A DNA stretch of 64,000 bases from Lachnospiraceae bacterium (GCA_022791755.1 JAAVZR010000031.1:7830-71829), one strand, 5' to 3'; shown: positions 1 through 10,160, counted from the first letter of the stretch. A program made the numbers and translations. The notes: generated from the sequence alone by a model not told the origin.

Positions 1-627
1 GCGGTGGATATCAACGTTTTGCAGGGCGAGAGACAGTTCGCCAGAGATAACAAGAGCCTGGGTCAGTTCCGTCTGGACGGGATTCCGCCGGCAAGAAGAG
101 GCGTGCCTCAGATCGAAGTTACCTTTGATATCGATGCCAACGGTATCGTGAATGTGTCAGCCAAGGATCTGGGCACGGGCAAGGAACAGCATATCACGAT
201 CACGGCAGGTTCCAATATGTCCGATTCCGAGATCGACCGGGCAGTGAAGGAAGCCGCCGAGTACGAGGCTCAGGACAAGAAGCGCAAGGAGGCCATTGAT
301 GCCAGAAATGAGGCTGACCAGATCGTCTTCAGCACCGAGAACGCGCTGAAAGAGGTGGGCGATAAGCTGGATGCGAACATGAAATCCGAGGTAGAGGCAG
401 ACCTGGCCTCCCTGAAAGCGGTAGTCGAGGCGACAGCCAACATGGAGAGTATCAGCGACGCCCAGGTGGATGAGCTGAAAGCCGGTAAGGAGAAGCTGAT
501 GAACAGCGCACAGGCTCTGTTTGCAAAGATGTATGAGCAGAACCAGGGCGGAGGCGCCGGCCCGGATATGAGCGGCGCGGGCCCTCAGGGCGGCGCAGGC
601 TACGACGACGATGTGGTGGATGTCTGA
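1..627 (+). CDS. dnaK: Chaperone DnaK (Hsp70), C-terminal part; 5' end lies outside the window
   Basis: The frame is open from base 1. It shows the Hsp70 substrate-binding/lid sequence ([26 protein letters not shown]), a Gly-rich tail ending in an acidic DDDVVDV, and dnaJ follows downstream. Confidence 0.92.
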   Translation, partial: AVDINVLQGERQFARDNKSLGQFRLDGIPPARRGVPQIEVTFDIDANGIVNVSAKDLGTGKEQHITITAGSNMSDSEIDRAVKEAAEYEAQDKKRKEAIDARNEADQIVFSTENALKEVGDKLDANMKSEVEADLASLKAVVEATANMESISDAQVDELKAGKEKLMNSAQALFAKMYEQNQGGGAGPDMSGAGPQGGAGYDDDVVDV

Positions 628-756
628 CGCGAGACAGTGTGACAAAAGAGACGATTGGGGAGCCGCAAGCCCGCTCCCTTCATAAAAAAACGATTACCCA
701 CAGTCTGAGGTATCCGCCCGGCTGTGGGTAGTCGGCTGAAAAGGTGAAGAGACGTT

Positions 757-1878
757 ATGGCAGAAAACAAGAGAGATTATTATGAGGTTCTGGGCGTATC
801 AAAGGATGCGGATGAGGCGGCCCTGAAAAAGGCGTACCGGAGTCTGGCGAAGAAATATCATCCCGATACCAACCAGGGCAATCCGGAGGCAGAAGCTAAA
901 TTTAAGGAGGCCTCGGAGGCATACGCCGTATTGAGCGATCCGGAAAAGCGCCGGCAGTACGACCAGTTCGGTCATTCTGCTTTTGACGGCAGCGGCGCAG
1001 GCGGTTTCGGCGGCTTTGATTTCACTGGAGATATGGGCGATATCTTCGGCGATATTTTCGGCGACTTCTTCGGAGGCGGCCGCAGTTCCCGCTCCTATAA
1101 CGGTCCGATGAAGGGAGCGACGCTGCGCACTTCGATCCGTATTACCTTTGAGGAGTCCGTATTTGGCTGTGAGAAGGAAATCGAGATGAATCTGAAGGAG
1201 AGCTGTCCTGCCTGCAACGGCAGCGGAGCCAAGCCCGGCAGCCAGCCTGTGAAGTGTCCCAAATGCAGCGGCAAGGGACAGGTGGTATATACCACTCAGA
1301 CGCCCTTTGGCATGATGCGCAGTTCCCAGGCCTGCCCCGACTGCGGAGGTAAGGGGACGATCATCAAGGAGAAGTGTCCGTCCTGCCACGGAAACGGATA
1401 TACGATTAACCGAAAGAAGATTTCGATTACGGTGCCTGCCGGCATAGCGGACGGTCAGAGCCTGAGAAAGGCCGGCTACGGCGATCTGGGAACCAACGGG
1501 GGAGAGCGCGGAGATCTGCTGGTGGAAGTACATGTGTCCTCGCACCCGATTTTCAAGCGCCAGGATATGAACCTGTATTCCACGGTGCCGGTTTCCTTTG
1601 TCACGGCGGCGCTGGGAGGAGAGATCAAGATCCGCACCATCGACGGCGAGACCTCCTATGAGGTGAAAGCCGGTACGCAGACCGATACGAAGATTCGCCT
1701 GCGCGGGAAAGGCGTTCCCTCCCTGCGCAATAAAAATATCCGCGGCGATCATATCGTGACGCTGGTGGTGCAGGTGCCGGAGAAATTAAACCGCGAGCAG
1801 AGAGAGGCATTGCAGGCATTTGCCGACGCGATGGACGGAAAGGCGCCGGAAAAGAAAAAGGGCCTGTTTAATAAATAA
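757..1878 (+). CDS. dnaJ: Co-chaperone DnaJ
   Basis: J-domain with HPD (KKYHPD), a G/F-rich linker, and four CxxCxGxG zinc-finger repeats ([32 protein letters not shown]). Confidence 0.95.
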   Translation: MAENKRDYYEVLGVSKDADEAALKKAYRSLAKKYHPDTNQGNPEAEAKFKEASEAYAVLSDPEKRRQYDQFGHSAFDGSGAGGFGGFDFTGDMGDIFGDIFGDFFGGGRSSRSYNGPMKGATLRTSIRITFEESVFGCEKEIEMNLKESCPACNGSGAKPGSQPVKCPKCSGKGQVVYTTQTPFGMMRSSQACPDCGGKGTIIKEKCPSCHGNGYTINRKKISITVPAGIADGQSLRKAGYGDLGTNGGERGDLLVEVHVSSHPIFKRQDMNLYSTVPVSFVTAALGGEIKIRTIDGETSYEVKAGTQTDTKIRLRGKGVPSLRNKNIRGDHIVTLVVQVPEKLNREQREALQAFADAMDGKAPEKKKGLFNK

Positions 1879-1892
1879 AGCTGTAAGAAAAA

Positions 1893-1962
1893 GGGATTAC
1901 CGCGAGGGAAGGATTCCTGCGCCAAAAGGCACGGAAGGTTCTCCCGGCGGGAATCCCGTTTT
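1893..1962 (+). terminator. Probable intrinsic terminator after dnaJ (long imperfect hairpin plus T-run)
   Basis: GGGATTACCGC ... GCGGGAATCCC arms, followed by GTTTTG. Confidence 0.45.
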
Positions 1963-2055
1963 GTACTTCATACCCTGACAGTGCGCCGTCAGGCGCCTGG
2001 AGGGTCAGAGAAAGGGGCGGAAAAAGAGATCCGTCCGGATGAAAAGGAGAGAGAG

Positions 2056-3033
2056 ATGAAAATCCTGGTTACCCTGCCGGTACATGACCGGCATAAGACA
2101 GCTCTGAAAGCAGCGGCTCCCCAGGCGGAATTTTTCTTTACGCCGCCGGGGGAGGTGACGGATGAGCAGCTGGGCGAGGTCGCAGCAGTGATCGGCAATA
2201 TTTCGCCGTCCCGCCTTCGGGGATTTGAGAATATTCGCTGGGTACAGTTAAACAGCGCGGGCACGGACGGCTATACCGATGCCGGTGTGCTGGCCTCGGG
2301 GGCAGTGCTGACGAATTCCACCGGAGCGTACGGTCTGGCCATTTCGGAACATATGATCGGTCAGCTTCTCATGCAGATTAAGCGTCTGGGACAATATTAT
2401 GACGCCCAGAAGAAAAAGGCCTGGAGCGATTTCGGGACAGTGGGATCCATTTGGAACTCCACGACGCTGGTGGTGGGCCTGGGCGATATCGGCGGTGAAT
2501 TTGCCAGAAAGATGAAGGCTCTGGGAAGCCATGTCATCGGGATTCGCCGGCATATGGGGGAGCGGCCGGACTATCTGGACGAGGCGGCAACGCTTGATGA
2601 GCTTGATGAGCTGCTGCCCCGGGCAGATTTCGTTGCTCTGTGCCTGCCGGGGACCGGCGCTACCTGGCATCTGTTTGACGAAAGCCGTCTGCGGCAGATG
2701 AAGAAGGGGGCGATCCTCCTGAATGTGGGCAGAGGAACGGCGGTGGACAGCTATGCGCTCTGCGAGGCGCTGCACAGCGGACATCTGGGCGGGGCCTGCA
2801 TCGATGTGGTGGAGCCGGAGCCTCTGCCGAAGGAGCATCCCCTGTGGGAAGCGCCGAACCTTCTTCTGACACCCCATGTCTCCGGTTTTTATCATCTGCC
2901 GGAGACCTTTGAGCGAGTTGTGCGGATTGCCGTCGCCAATCTGGAGGCCTTTGGGGCAGGAAGGCCCTTAAAGAACCAGGTGGATTTGGCTGTGGGATAC
3001 CGGAGAAACGAAGACGATAATAAGGCGCTGTAA
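2056..3033 (+). CDS. D-isomer-specific 2-hydroxyacid dehydrogenase family protein (NAD-binding)
   Basis: GLGDIGGEFARK Rossmann motif, and the RG..VD / H catalytic-region pattern (NVGRGTAVD, LTPHVSG). I chose the ATG at 2056 because AAAGGAGAG lies upstream; the 25-codon extension from 1981 looks spurious. Confidence 0.8.
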   Translation: MKILVTLPVHDRHKTALKAAAPQAEFFFTPPGEVTDEQLGEVAAVIGNISPSRLRGFENIRWVQLNSAGTDGYTDAGVLASGAVLTNSTGAYGLAISEHMIGQLLMQIKRLGQYYDAQKKKAWSDFGTVGSIWNSTTLVVGLGDIGGEFARKMKALGSHVIGIRRHMGERPDYLDEAATLDELDELLPRADFVALCLPGTGATWHLFDESRLRQMKKGAILLNVGRGTAVDSYALCEALHSGHLGGACIDVVEPEPLPKEHPLWEAPNLLLTPHVSGFYHLPETFERVVRIAVANLEAFGAGRPLKNQVDLAVGYRRNEDDNKAL

Positions 3034-3058
3034 ATGTGCGGAAAGGGAATGAAAAAGG

Positions 3059-4036
3059 ATGAAATGGCTGCGTTATACCATTGATACGACCACGGCCGCC
3101 GTGGATTTCATCAGTGAAATGCTGAGCGAGCTGGGAATAGAAGGAATAGAGATCGAGGACAATGTTCCCCTGACGCAGAAGGAGACCAAGGGGATGTTCA
3201 TTGACATCCTGCCCACGCTGCCGCCGGACGACGGCAAGGCGAAGGTGACCTTTTATCTGGATGAGGACAAGCCCGAGAGCCAGGTGGAGGAGCTTTTGGC
3301 CCAGGTGAGAGAGGGACTTGAAGAGACCGCTCTGTTCGTGGACATAGGCGCGGGGACGATCACAGCCGGAGAGACGGAGGATAAGGACTGGATCAATAAC
3401 TGGAAGGAATTTTTCAAACCCTTTGCGGTGGGGGATATTCTCATCAAGCCCACCTGGGAAGAGATCCCTCCGGAACATGCGGATAAGCGGATGATCGAAA
3501 TCGATCCCGGTACGGCCTTTGGCTCAGGTTCCCATGAGACGACCCAGCTGTGTATCCGTCAGCTTCAGCGCTATGTAAAGCCCGGAGACAGGGTATTGGA
3601 TATCGGTACGGGCAGCGGGATCCTGGGGATTGCGGCGGTCCGTCTGGGGGCGCAGCGTGTCTTTGGCACGGATCTGGACGAAAATGCGGTGGCCACCGCC
3701 AAGGAAAACGTGGGGGTGAACCGTATCCCGGAGGAGGTCTTTGAGATTGTCACCGGCGATATTCTCACAGAGGAGACCGTCCGGCAGCAGGCGGGGACAG
3801 AGACCTGCGACATTGTAGTGGCCAATATTCTGGCGCCGGTGATTATCCTTCTGACCGGCGAAGCAGACCGGCATCTGAAGCCGGGAGGGATTTTTATCAC
3901 CTCCGGCATTATCAATACGAAGGAGGAGGAAGTAAAGGCGGCCTTCCGGGCGCATCCTGTCTGGGAGATACTGGAGATCACCCGGCAGGGAGAGTGGGTG
4001 TCCGTCACAGCCAGAAAACGGCAGGAGGAGCAGTGA
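3059..4036 (+). CDS. prmA: Ribosomal protein L11 methyltransferase
   Basis: PrmA architecture, SAM motif DIGTGSGILG, and the conserved position after dnaJ and before rsmE. Confidence 0.9.
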   Translation: MKWLRYTIDTTTAAVDFISEMLSELGIEGIEIEDNVPLTQKETKGMFIDILPTLPPDDGKAKVTFYLDEDKPESQVEELLAQVREGLEETALFVDIGAGTITAGETEDKDWINNWKEFFKPFAVGDILIKPTWEEIPPEHADKRMIEIDPGTAFGSGSHETTQLCIRQLQRYVKPGDRVLDIGTGSGILGIAAVRLGAQRVFGTDLDENAVATAKENVGVNRIPEEVFEIVTGDILTEETVRQQAGTETCDIVVANILAPVIILLTGEADRHLKPGGIFITSGIINTKEEEVKAAFRAHPVWEILEITRQGEWVSVTARKRQEEQ

Positions 4037-4770
4037 TGCATATGTTCTTTGTGAAACCGGCGCAGATCGAAGGGGGTCTCGTGACGGTCACCGGTCCGGA
4101 TGTGAATCATATCCGCAATGTGCTGCGTATGAAGCCGGGGGAGCCGGTGCGCATCAGCGACGAGAAAGATTTCTGCGGTCAGTGCCGTGTGACGGAGATT
4201 CTGGAGGACCGGGTGCTTTTAAGTGTGGAGGAAGAAGCGCCCTCCACAGAGCTGCCGGCCCGGGTGACGCTGTTTCAGGGCCTTCCCAAAGGAGATAAGA
4301 TGGAATGGATCGTCCAGAAAAATACGGAGCTGGGCGTGAGCCGCATTGTGCCGGTGGCCATGAGGCGTTCTGTGGTAAAGCTGGACGCCAGAAAGGCCGA
4401 GGCGAAGCGAGTCCGTCTGCAAGCCATTGCCGAGAGTGCCGCAAAGCAGTCCGGGCGCACCAGGCTGCCAAAGGTCCTGCCGGTGATGAGCTACGGGGAG
4501 GCTCTGCGGGAGGCGAAGGACTGCGATCTCCTGCTTTTGCCCTATGAATCGGCGGAGGGGATGGATCGAACCAGAGAGCTTCTGGCCAGGGCGTTTCCCG
4601 GTATGCACATCGGCATACTGATCGGCCCGGAGGGCGGATTCGATCCGTCGGAGGTAGAGCAGGCCGCGGAGGCGGGCTGGCAGGCGTTCAGCCTGGGTCC
4701 CCGGATTCTCAGGACGGAGACGGCAGGAATGGCGGTGCTGGCCATGCTGGGATTTCTGCTGGAGACATGA
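4036..4770 (+). CDS. rsmE: 16S rRNA (uracil1498-N3)-methyltransferase
   Basis: PUA-like N-terminus plus SPOUT C-terminus (IGPEGGF, LGPRILRTETA). The ATG at 4036 overlaps the prmA stop (GTGATG). Confidence 0.85.
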   Translation: MHMFFVKPAQIEGGLVTVTGPDVNHIRNVLRMKPGEPVRISDEKDFCGQCRVTEILEDRVLLSVEEEAPSTELPARVTLFQGLPKGDKMEWIVQKNTELGVSRIVPVAMRRSVVKLDARKAEAKRVRLQAIAESAAKQSGRTRLPKVLPVMSYGEALREAKDCDLLLLPYESAEGMDRTRELLARAFPGMHIGILIGPEGGFDPSEVEQAAEAGWQAFSLGPRILRTETAGMAVLAMLGFLLET

Positions 4771-6662
4771 GGGCGCGGACAGCGGCGGGAGCCTGGCTGG
4801 CGGCGCTGGTTTTGCTGCTGACAGGAGGCATTGTATTTGCCAATTCCTTTCATATGGAGATAGCAGACGGCGGCCATGTGACGGCGGAGCAGCTGGAAAC
4901 CCAGGTGTTCCGGATTGCCAAGACAGGCCTTCGACTGGAGGAGGGCCATGCCGTTTTGGAGGTTCGGATAGAGGGGGAACCTGATTTCGGGAAGATCTGG
5001 CTGGCGGCGTTTCGCACGAAGAGCATGATTTTCTATGATGAAGAGGGCGGCGCTCATGAGGTCCTGAGTCTGGGAGGCTATCAGCATGTCCGGCTTCTGC
5101 CCATAGCGTTCTATACATATGATGAGCAGAGCGGTATTCTGCGCCTGGAGTGGTCCGGAGCCGATTTCTTTAACCCCTACTATCTGTTCATCGGATCCAG
5201 GCAGATACTGGAGGCTCAGAATACCTTCTGGAACAGAGTGAAGGATATGGCTGTGGGAATTATGCTGCTGATGCTCTTATACAGCCTGTCTCTGTATGTT
5301 CACAAAAAGGAAGAGAGCTATCTGCTGTCTTTCTCGGCCTATATCGGAGTGGCACTGTTAATGACGGTCCTGAATATGGGGCCCATGCAGAGCGAATGGC
5401 TGAATCGTGTATACAGTGAGCTCATCCCCTTTCTCATCATGACCATACTGTGTATGGAGGTATCTACCTGTATCAGCCTCCTGGAGCCGGAACTGTGCTG
5501 GTGGATGAGGGGATTCTGTTCCTGGAAATGGGTCATGGCGGTGAGCCTGGGATACTCTCTGATCAGCCATATGGATATTATGCTTTTAAACGAAGCCAGC
5601 CGTTTTCTTGTCATCCTGGCGGGGTTTCTGGTGGTCACAAAAGCCTGCGCCCGGAAAAAGGAGAAGGCGTATATCCTTTTTCTGGGCTATGTGATTTCGG
5701 AGAGCATTAATCTGGTGCCTTTCGGGGTCAATCTGGGCTTTTTTGAGGATGGGTTGTTGCTGGCTTTTTTTCGGGTCGCCCGCCTGTACGGCCTCCCCTT
5801 TGCCTTTTCCTGTATGCTTTACATTAACTGGAAGCTGGCAGGCCGTTTTCGGGAGGCAGAACGCCTGTCGGCGGAACTGGAAGAGACGAACCGCTCTCTG
5901 GACCGGATCGTCGGGGAGCGCACCCGGGCCTGCATGGCCCAGATGGAAAAACGTCACAGCCTGATGCTGAATATCTTCCATGACCTGCGCAGCCCTCTGT
6001 TTACCCTGAAGGGGTGCATGCAGATCCTGTGCGATGAAAACGAGGCGGACCGGGAGGAACGCAGGGAGATCGAGAGCATTGTGATGGAAAAGCTGGATTT
6101 TGTGTCCCAACTGACAGAGAATATTTTTCTGCTGGCGAAATTGGAGGATGAAAGCTTTCTCTTTGCCAGTACCAGAGTGGATATGGTATCCCTGCTGCGG
6201 AAAATGGCGGCGGCGGCCCGCATCGCCGCGCAGTCCAAGGAGCTGCGGATCACGGAGGAGATACCGGATGGCGAAATCTATGTATGGGGAGATAAAAACC
6301 GCCTGGAGCAGGCCGTTGACAATATTCTGAGCAATGCCATCCGGTACACGCCCAAAGGGGGAAGGATTACCGTGGGCCTAAAGCAGACAAAAGCCTGTGT
6401 GACCCTTCGGATAAAGGATACGGGAATCGGGATTCCTGAGGAGCAGCAGAAGGATATCTTTGCCCGGTATTACCGCGCGAGCTCTACTTCGAAGGATTCC
6501 ACCGGTTTGGGACTGGCCATTGCCCGGGGGCTGATCCGCAAGCATGGAGGAGAGATCACGGTGAAGAGCGCAGCGGGAAGAGGAGCGGAGTTTTCCGTGA
6601 CTCTGCCGGCACTGTCACAGAGAGAGCCGGAAGAAAGGCCGGAGCAGGGAGGAAGACGGTGA
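4767..6662 (+). CDS. Sensor histidine kinase with an N-terminal extracytoplasmic domain and multi-pass (about 7 TM) membrane module (7TMR-DISM-like)
   Basis: Signal/TM segment, an extracellular region of about 140 aa, and multiple hydrophobic helices. H-box IFHDLRSPL and HATPase motifs (NAIRYTPKGG, DTGIGIP, GLGLAIARG). The start ATGA overlaps the rsmE stop. Confidence 0.85.
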   Translation: MRARTAAGAWLAALVLLLTGGIVFANSFHMEIADGGHVTAEQLETQVFRIAKTGLRLEEGHAVLEVRIEGEPDFGKIWLAAFRTKSMIFYDEEGGAHEVLSLGGYQHVRLLPIAFYTYDEQSGILRLEWSGADFFNPYYLFIGSRQILEAQNTFWNRVKDMAVGIMLLMLLYSLSLYVHKKEESYLLSFSAYIGVALLMTVLNMGPMQSEWLNRVYSELIPFLIMTILCMEVSTCISLLEPELCWWMRGFCSWKWVMAVSLGYSLISHMDIMLLNEASRFLVILAGFLVVTKACARKKEKAYILFLGYVISESINLVPFGVNLGFFEDGLLLAFFRVARLYGLPFAFSCMLYINWKLAGRFREAERLSAELEETNRSLDRIVGERTRACMAQMEKRHSLMLNIFHDLRSPLFTLKGCMQILCDENEADREERREIESIVMEKLDFVSQLTENIFLLAKLEDESFLFASTRVDMVSLLRKMAAAARIAAQSKELRITEEIPDGEIYVWGDKNRLEQAVDNILSNAIRYTPKGGRITVGLKQTKACVTLRIKDTGIGIPEEQQKDIFARYYRASSTSKDSTGLGLAIARGLIRKHGGEITVKSAAGRGAEFSVTLPALSQREPEERPEQGGRR

Positions 6663-7345
6663 TACATGTACTGTTGATCGAAGACGATGCCGCGATTGCC
6701 AAGATTATCCGGTACTATCTTCGTCAGGAAAAAAACTATGATGTGGTCTGGGCCAGGACGGCGGGAGAGGCGATGGCCTGCGGCCGGGACCAGTTTGACG
6801 TGGTTCTGTGCGACATTCTTCTGCCGGATGTCAATGGAATCGAGCTGTGTGCCAGCCTGCGCCAGTGGCATTCCTGCCCGATTATCTATATCAGCTGTCT
6901 GGATGACAGCGATACGATCGTGCGCGCTCTGGAACAGGGCGGGGATGATTTTATCGTGAAGCCATTTGACAATAAGGTGCTGGTGGCGAGGATTCAGGCG
7001 AATCTGCGGCGGGCCGGGAGCCGGGTGCAGGAGAGAAACAGAAAGCTGGAGTTTGAGGGCTTTTGCCTGGACCTTGTGCAGCATACGGTTTTGCGGGATA
7101 TGGAGACATACAAATTATCCGACATCGAATACAGGATTTTATCTCTGCTGATCCAGAACGCAAACCGGTATTTTACGGCGGAGGAGATCTACCGGGCAGT
7201 CTGGGGAAGCGACCATTACGGCGATGTCCGCACGGTCCTGGTACACATTCACAACCTCAGGAAAAAAATCGAGAGGATTCCTTCGGAACCGGTGTATCTG
7301 AAGAGCGAATGGGGACATGGCTATCTGTTTGCAGGGGACCCGTGA
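6659..7345 (+). CDS. OmpR/PhoB-family response regulator
   Basis: Receiver domain (LLIEDD ... DVVLCDILLPD ... KPF) and a winged-helix C-terminus (GYLF). GTG start with GGGAGGAAG upstream, overlapping the kinase stop (GTGA). Confidence 0.9.
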   Translation: MIHVLLIEDDAAIAKIIRYYLRQEKNYDVVWARTAGEAMACGRDQFDVVLCDILLPDVNGIELCASLRQWHSCPIIYISCLDDSDTIVRALEQGGDDFIVKPFDNKVLVARIQANLRRAGSRVQERNRKLEFEGFCLDLVQHTVLRDMETYKLSDIEYRILSLLIQNANRYFTAEEIYRAVWGSDHYGDVRTVLVHIHNLRKKIERIPSEPVYLKSEWGHGYLFAGDP

Positions 7346-7437
7346 CATGGGGCAGCCGGGCCGATGAGCAGAATGGAACAGGACTTTGTTAAATTCAATT
7401 AAGAGTAGGGGGCCATATATTAAGAAATCTTAAGAAG

Positions 7438-7483
7438 AATCTTCCGAAGTCCTGCAGGAACAGGACAATCGGAAGATTTTTTT
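7438..7483 (+). terminator. Intrinsic terminator after the response regulator
   Basis: AATCTTCCGA ... TCGGAAGATT stem, followed by TTTTTT. Confidence 0.65.
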
Positions 7484-7526
7484 AAAATTCCTGCCCGGAA
7501 AAAATCATAATTGACACAAAATATAA

Positions 7527-7544
7527 AATTATCAGACAATTATC
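7527..7544 (+). promoter_or_regulatory. Direct repeat AATTATC-N4-AATTATC (11-bp period); candidate response-regulator box
   Basis: Exact 7-mer at 7527-7533 and 7538-7544. It lies about 40-55 bp upstream of an extended -10 (TGcTATAAT, 7580-7588) that has no good -35. Confidence 0.3.
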
Positions 7545-7630
7545 TTAATCTTTTCTTTAACAGGTAAAGTTCCCTCTTTTGCTATAATAGAACCGTAACA
7601 GCAGAATCCATAGGATAAAGGAGGGAAAAC

Positions 7631-9967
7631 ATGGGAAAACACAGAGGAAAAAGGCTGTGCTGCATAGCAATGGCCGGCTTCATGACAATCTCGCTTCTGG
7701 CCTGTCAGAGCGAGGCACCTGACAGTACGCCGGCCGCCACCTCAGAGGGGGAGAAGACCACGGCAGCGCCTGCCCAAACGGAGACAGCGGCGCCGGAAAC
7801 CACAGCCCCCGTATCGGGAAACACGTTTCGGGCGGGAACATATGAAGGAACGGCGCCGGGGCGAAACGGTGAGGTGGCCGTATCGGTGACGGTGGATGAG
7901 AGTTCCATTCTGTCGGTGGAGGTGATATCCCATTCGGAGACGCCGGTGGTCAGCGATAACGCCGTTTCGCTGCTGCCGGGGCTGATCGTGGAACGGCAGA
8001 GCCTGGGTGTGGACACCATCTCCGGCTGCACGCAGACCAGCAAGGCCATCTTAGAGGCGGCGGCGCAGGCGCTTTTGCAGGCAGGCGGAAAGGAAGAGGA
8101 TCTGTATAAGGCCGGCACAGAGGTCATAGAGCAGCATATGAAGCCAGGCACATATTATGCCGAGGGCTATGGTATGTGGCCTGCAAAATCCACCGAGGGA
8201 GCGCGCTACGGGGCTCCTAAGGAAATCGCTCCTACAAAAGTGGCCGTGACGGTGGATGAAAAGAGTATCGTCAGCGTGGAGATTCTGGAGTCCAGCGATA
8301 CGCCGGATTTTGTGGCCGCAGTACGGAATATACTGCCGGCAGCCATCGTGGAACATCAGTCCTTTAATGTGGATACGGTGAGCGGATGTACGAGGACTGC
8401 CACAAATGTACTGAACTGTGTGACGGACTGCCTGACCCAGGCGGGGGCCGATCTGGCCGGATTCAGCACCGGTGTTCCCCGAAAAACCGGAACGGAAACC
8501 CATGATACGGATATCGTCATCGTGGGCGCCGGAGGATTTGGCATCGCGGCGGCGCTGTCGGCATCGGAGGCGGGCCGCAATGTGATTCTTCTGGAAAAGA
8601 CGGCCCGTCTGGGGGGGAATACCGCCTATGCCACAGGCCCCTTCTCCGTGGGAAGCACCCGCCAGATCGAAAACGGTTCCGTCAAGACAGCGGACGAGGT
8701 CTTTACGGAGTGGATGGAGCAGACGAACTGGAAGACAAACGCTTCCCTGGTATATCAGATCCTGTCCGAGTCAGGGGCGACCATGGACTGGCTTCAGGAT
8801 TACTGGGATCAGACGGACGACGATGGCTTCCTGTCGATCCCTTCCGGAAACGGGTATGAGATCACCTGGACGCTGACAAAAGGCATACATAAATTTGACG
8901 CCCTGTACGACCAGATTTTAAAGGACAGAGGTGTGGAGCTGATGATGCTCACAGAGGCCGTGGAGGTCCTCATGAACGAGGACGGCTCGGTATCGGGAGT
9001 CCGGGCAGTGAAACAGGACGGCACCGAAGTGATCGTAAACGCACCGGCCGTGCTGATCGGAACCGGCGGCTATGCCGGTAACCCGGAAATGCTGGAGGAA
9101 TATGTGGGAAGCTCCGCCTTCTACGTCAAGGGCATGACCAGCTCCACAGGAGACGGGATCCGGATGTGTCTGGATGCGGGCGCTGCGCGGCACAATGAGA
9201 TGTCCACGGCCATGTCATCGTTCTGTGCCAACGAATACGTGGATATCTACAGCTCCTATCTGAAATACTGTAACCAGGTGGGCTGCCTGACTGTGGACCC
9301 TTCCGGCGAGCGCTTCATCAACGAAGAGCTGTTTGTGACCGCCTCCATCCAGGAAGCAGGCTCCGCCATGCGCCGTGTGGGCTACATGTATGTCATTATG
9401 ACCCAGGCGGAAGTGGATGCCATGACAACAGGAGGAATCAGCGCCCTGATCAGCGAGGAAGACATTGCAGAGCTGGGCTATCGTCCCCGCGTTCTGAATA
9501 TCGCCTTCGAGACATTCTCCGATGAACTGCAGACGATGATGGACGCCGGACAGGCCTGGAAAGCAGACAGTCTGGAGGAGCTGGGCAAAGTATGCCCTGT
9601 GGATGAGACGATCTTCGCAGCCACGGTGGCGTCATATCAGGAAGCCATAGAAAACAAAGAAGACGCACTGTTTGGCAAGCGCGAGTCGCTGCTTCGCAAC
9701 ATCGACGAAGGCCCCTACTATGCGATCCGCGTAATCCCGGCCATCGACGGCACCATCGGTGTGATTAAGATCAACAGCAATATGCAGGTGCTGCGCGAGG
9801 GAGATCTGAATCCGATTCCCGGCCTGTACTGCGGCGGTTCCGATGCCGCCGGATATTTCTCGAATCCCTATACACCGTATGTGGGCTCCACCAGCTGCTA
9901 TGCGCTGACCGGCGGGCGCATCGCAGGAATGCAGGCTGACGAGTACCTGACGGCAATCGGAAGGTAA
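7631..9967 (+). CDS. Lipoprotein flavoenzyme: two tandem FMN_bind domains plus a FAD-dependent (fumarate/urocanate-reductase-like) oxidoreductase domain
   Basis: Lipobox SLLAC. Two FMN_bind-like repeats end in VDTISGCTQTS and VDTVSGCTRTA. FAD dinucleotide fold DIVIVGAGGFGIAAALSASEAGRNVILLEK, with a C-terminal GGS/GLY motif region. Confidence 0.8.
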   Translation: MGKHRGKRLCCIAMAGFMTISLLACQSEAPDSTPAATSEGEKTTAAPAQTETAAPETTAPVSGNTFRAGTYEGTAPGRNGEVAVSVTVDESSILSVEVISHSETPVVSDNAVSLLPGLIVERQSLGVDTISGCTQTSKAILEAAAQALLQAGGKEEDLYKAGTEVIEQHMKPGTYYAEGYGMWPAKSTEGARYGAPKEIAPTKVAVTVDEKSIVSVEILESSDTPDFVAAVRNILPAAIVEHQSFNVDTVSGCTRTATNVLNCVTDCLTQAGADLAGFSTGVPRKTGTETHDTDIVIVGAGGFGIAAALSASEAGRNVILLEKTARLGGNTAYATGPFSVGSTRQIENGSVKTADEVFTEWMEQTNWKTNASLVYQILSESGATMDWLQDYWDQTDDDGFLSIPSGNGYEITWTLTKGIHKFDALYDQILKDRGVELMMLTEAVEVLMNEDGSVSGVRAVKQDGTEVIVNAPAVLIGTGGYAGNPEMLEEYVGSSAFYVKGMTSSTGDGIRMCLDAGAARHNEMSTAMSSFCANEYVDIYSSYLKYCNQVGCLTVDPSGERFINEELFVTASIQEAGSAMRRVGYMYVIMTQAEVDAMTTGGISALISEEDIAELGYRPRVLNIAFETFSDELQTMMDAGQAWKADSLEELGKVCPVDETIFAATVASYQEAIENKEDALFGKRESLLRNIDEGPYYAIRVIPAIDGTIGVIKINSNMQVLREGDLNPIPGLYCGGSDAAGYFSNPYTPYVGSTSCYALTGGRIAGMQADEYLTAIGR

Positions 9968-10013
9968 AAGCAGCAAAGCGATTAGCTGATACCGTTTAGA
10001 GTATTATCCAAAG

Positions 10014-10062
10014 AAAGACCGGCACGGTCGCCTGCAACAAGGCTGACGGTGCCGGTCTTTCC
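10014..10062 (+). terminator. Probable terminator after the reductase gene
   Basis: AAGACCGGCAC ... GTGCCGGTCTT stem, followed by only a short T-run (TTTCC). Confidence 0.45.
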
Positions 10063-10160
10063 TGGGAGAAGGGCCAAAACCCCCGGCGTCACTCTGCCTC
10101 CAATCACTGCGAACAGTAACGAACAGTAGCCCGGGGAGCGAAAATCCCTCCGGCAGGCGC

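Noticed and set aside
628-756. Hairpins between dnaK and dnaJ (GGGAGC...GCTCCC and CCCACAG...CTGTGGG), and a search for a CIRCE element.
   Set aside because: Neither hairpin has a following T-run and neither matches the CIRCE consensus (TTAGCACTC-N9-GAGTGCTAA). They may be mRNA processing or stability elements, but I cannot support that.
1981-2055. N-terminal extensions in the ORF track at 1981, 3994, 22086, 36849, 51577, 55311, 60917 and 32812.
   Set aside because: In each case an internal start has a proper Shine-Dalgarno at 5-9 nt and matches the conserved protein N-terminus. The extensions overlap upstream genes or promoters and are Arg-rich or otherwise low-quality sequence.
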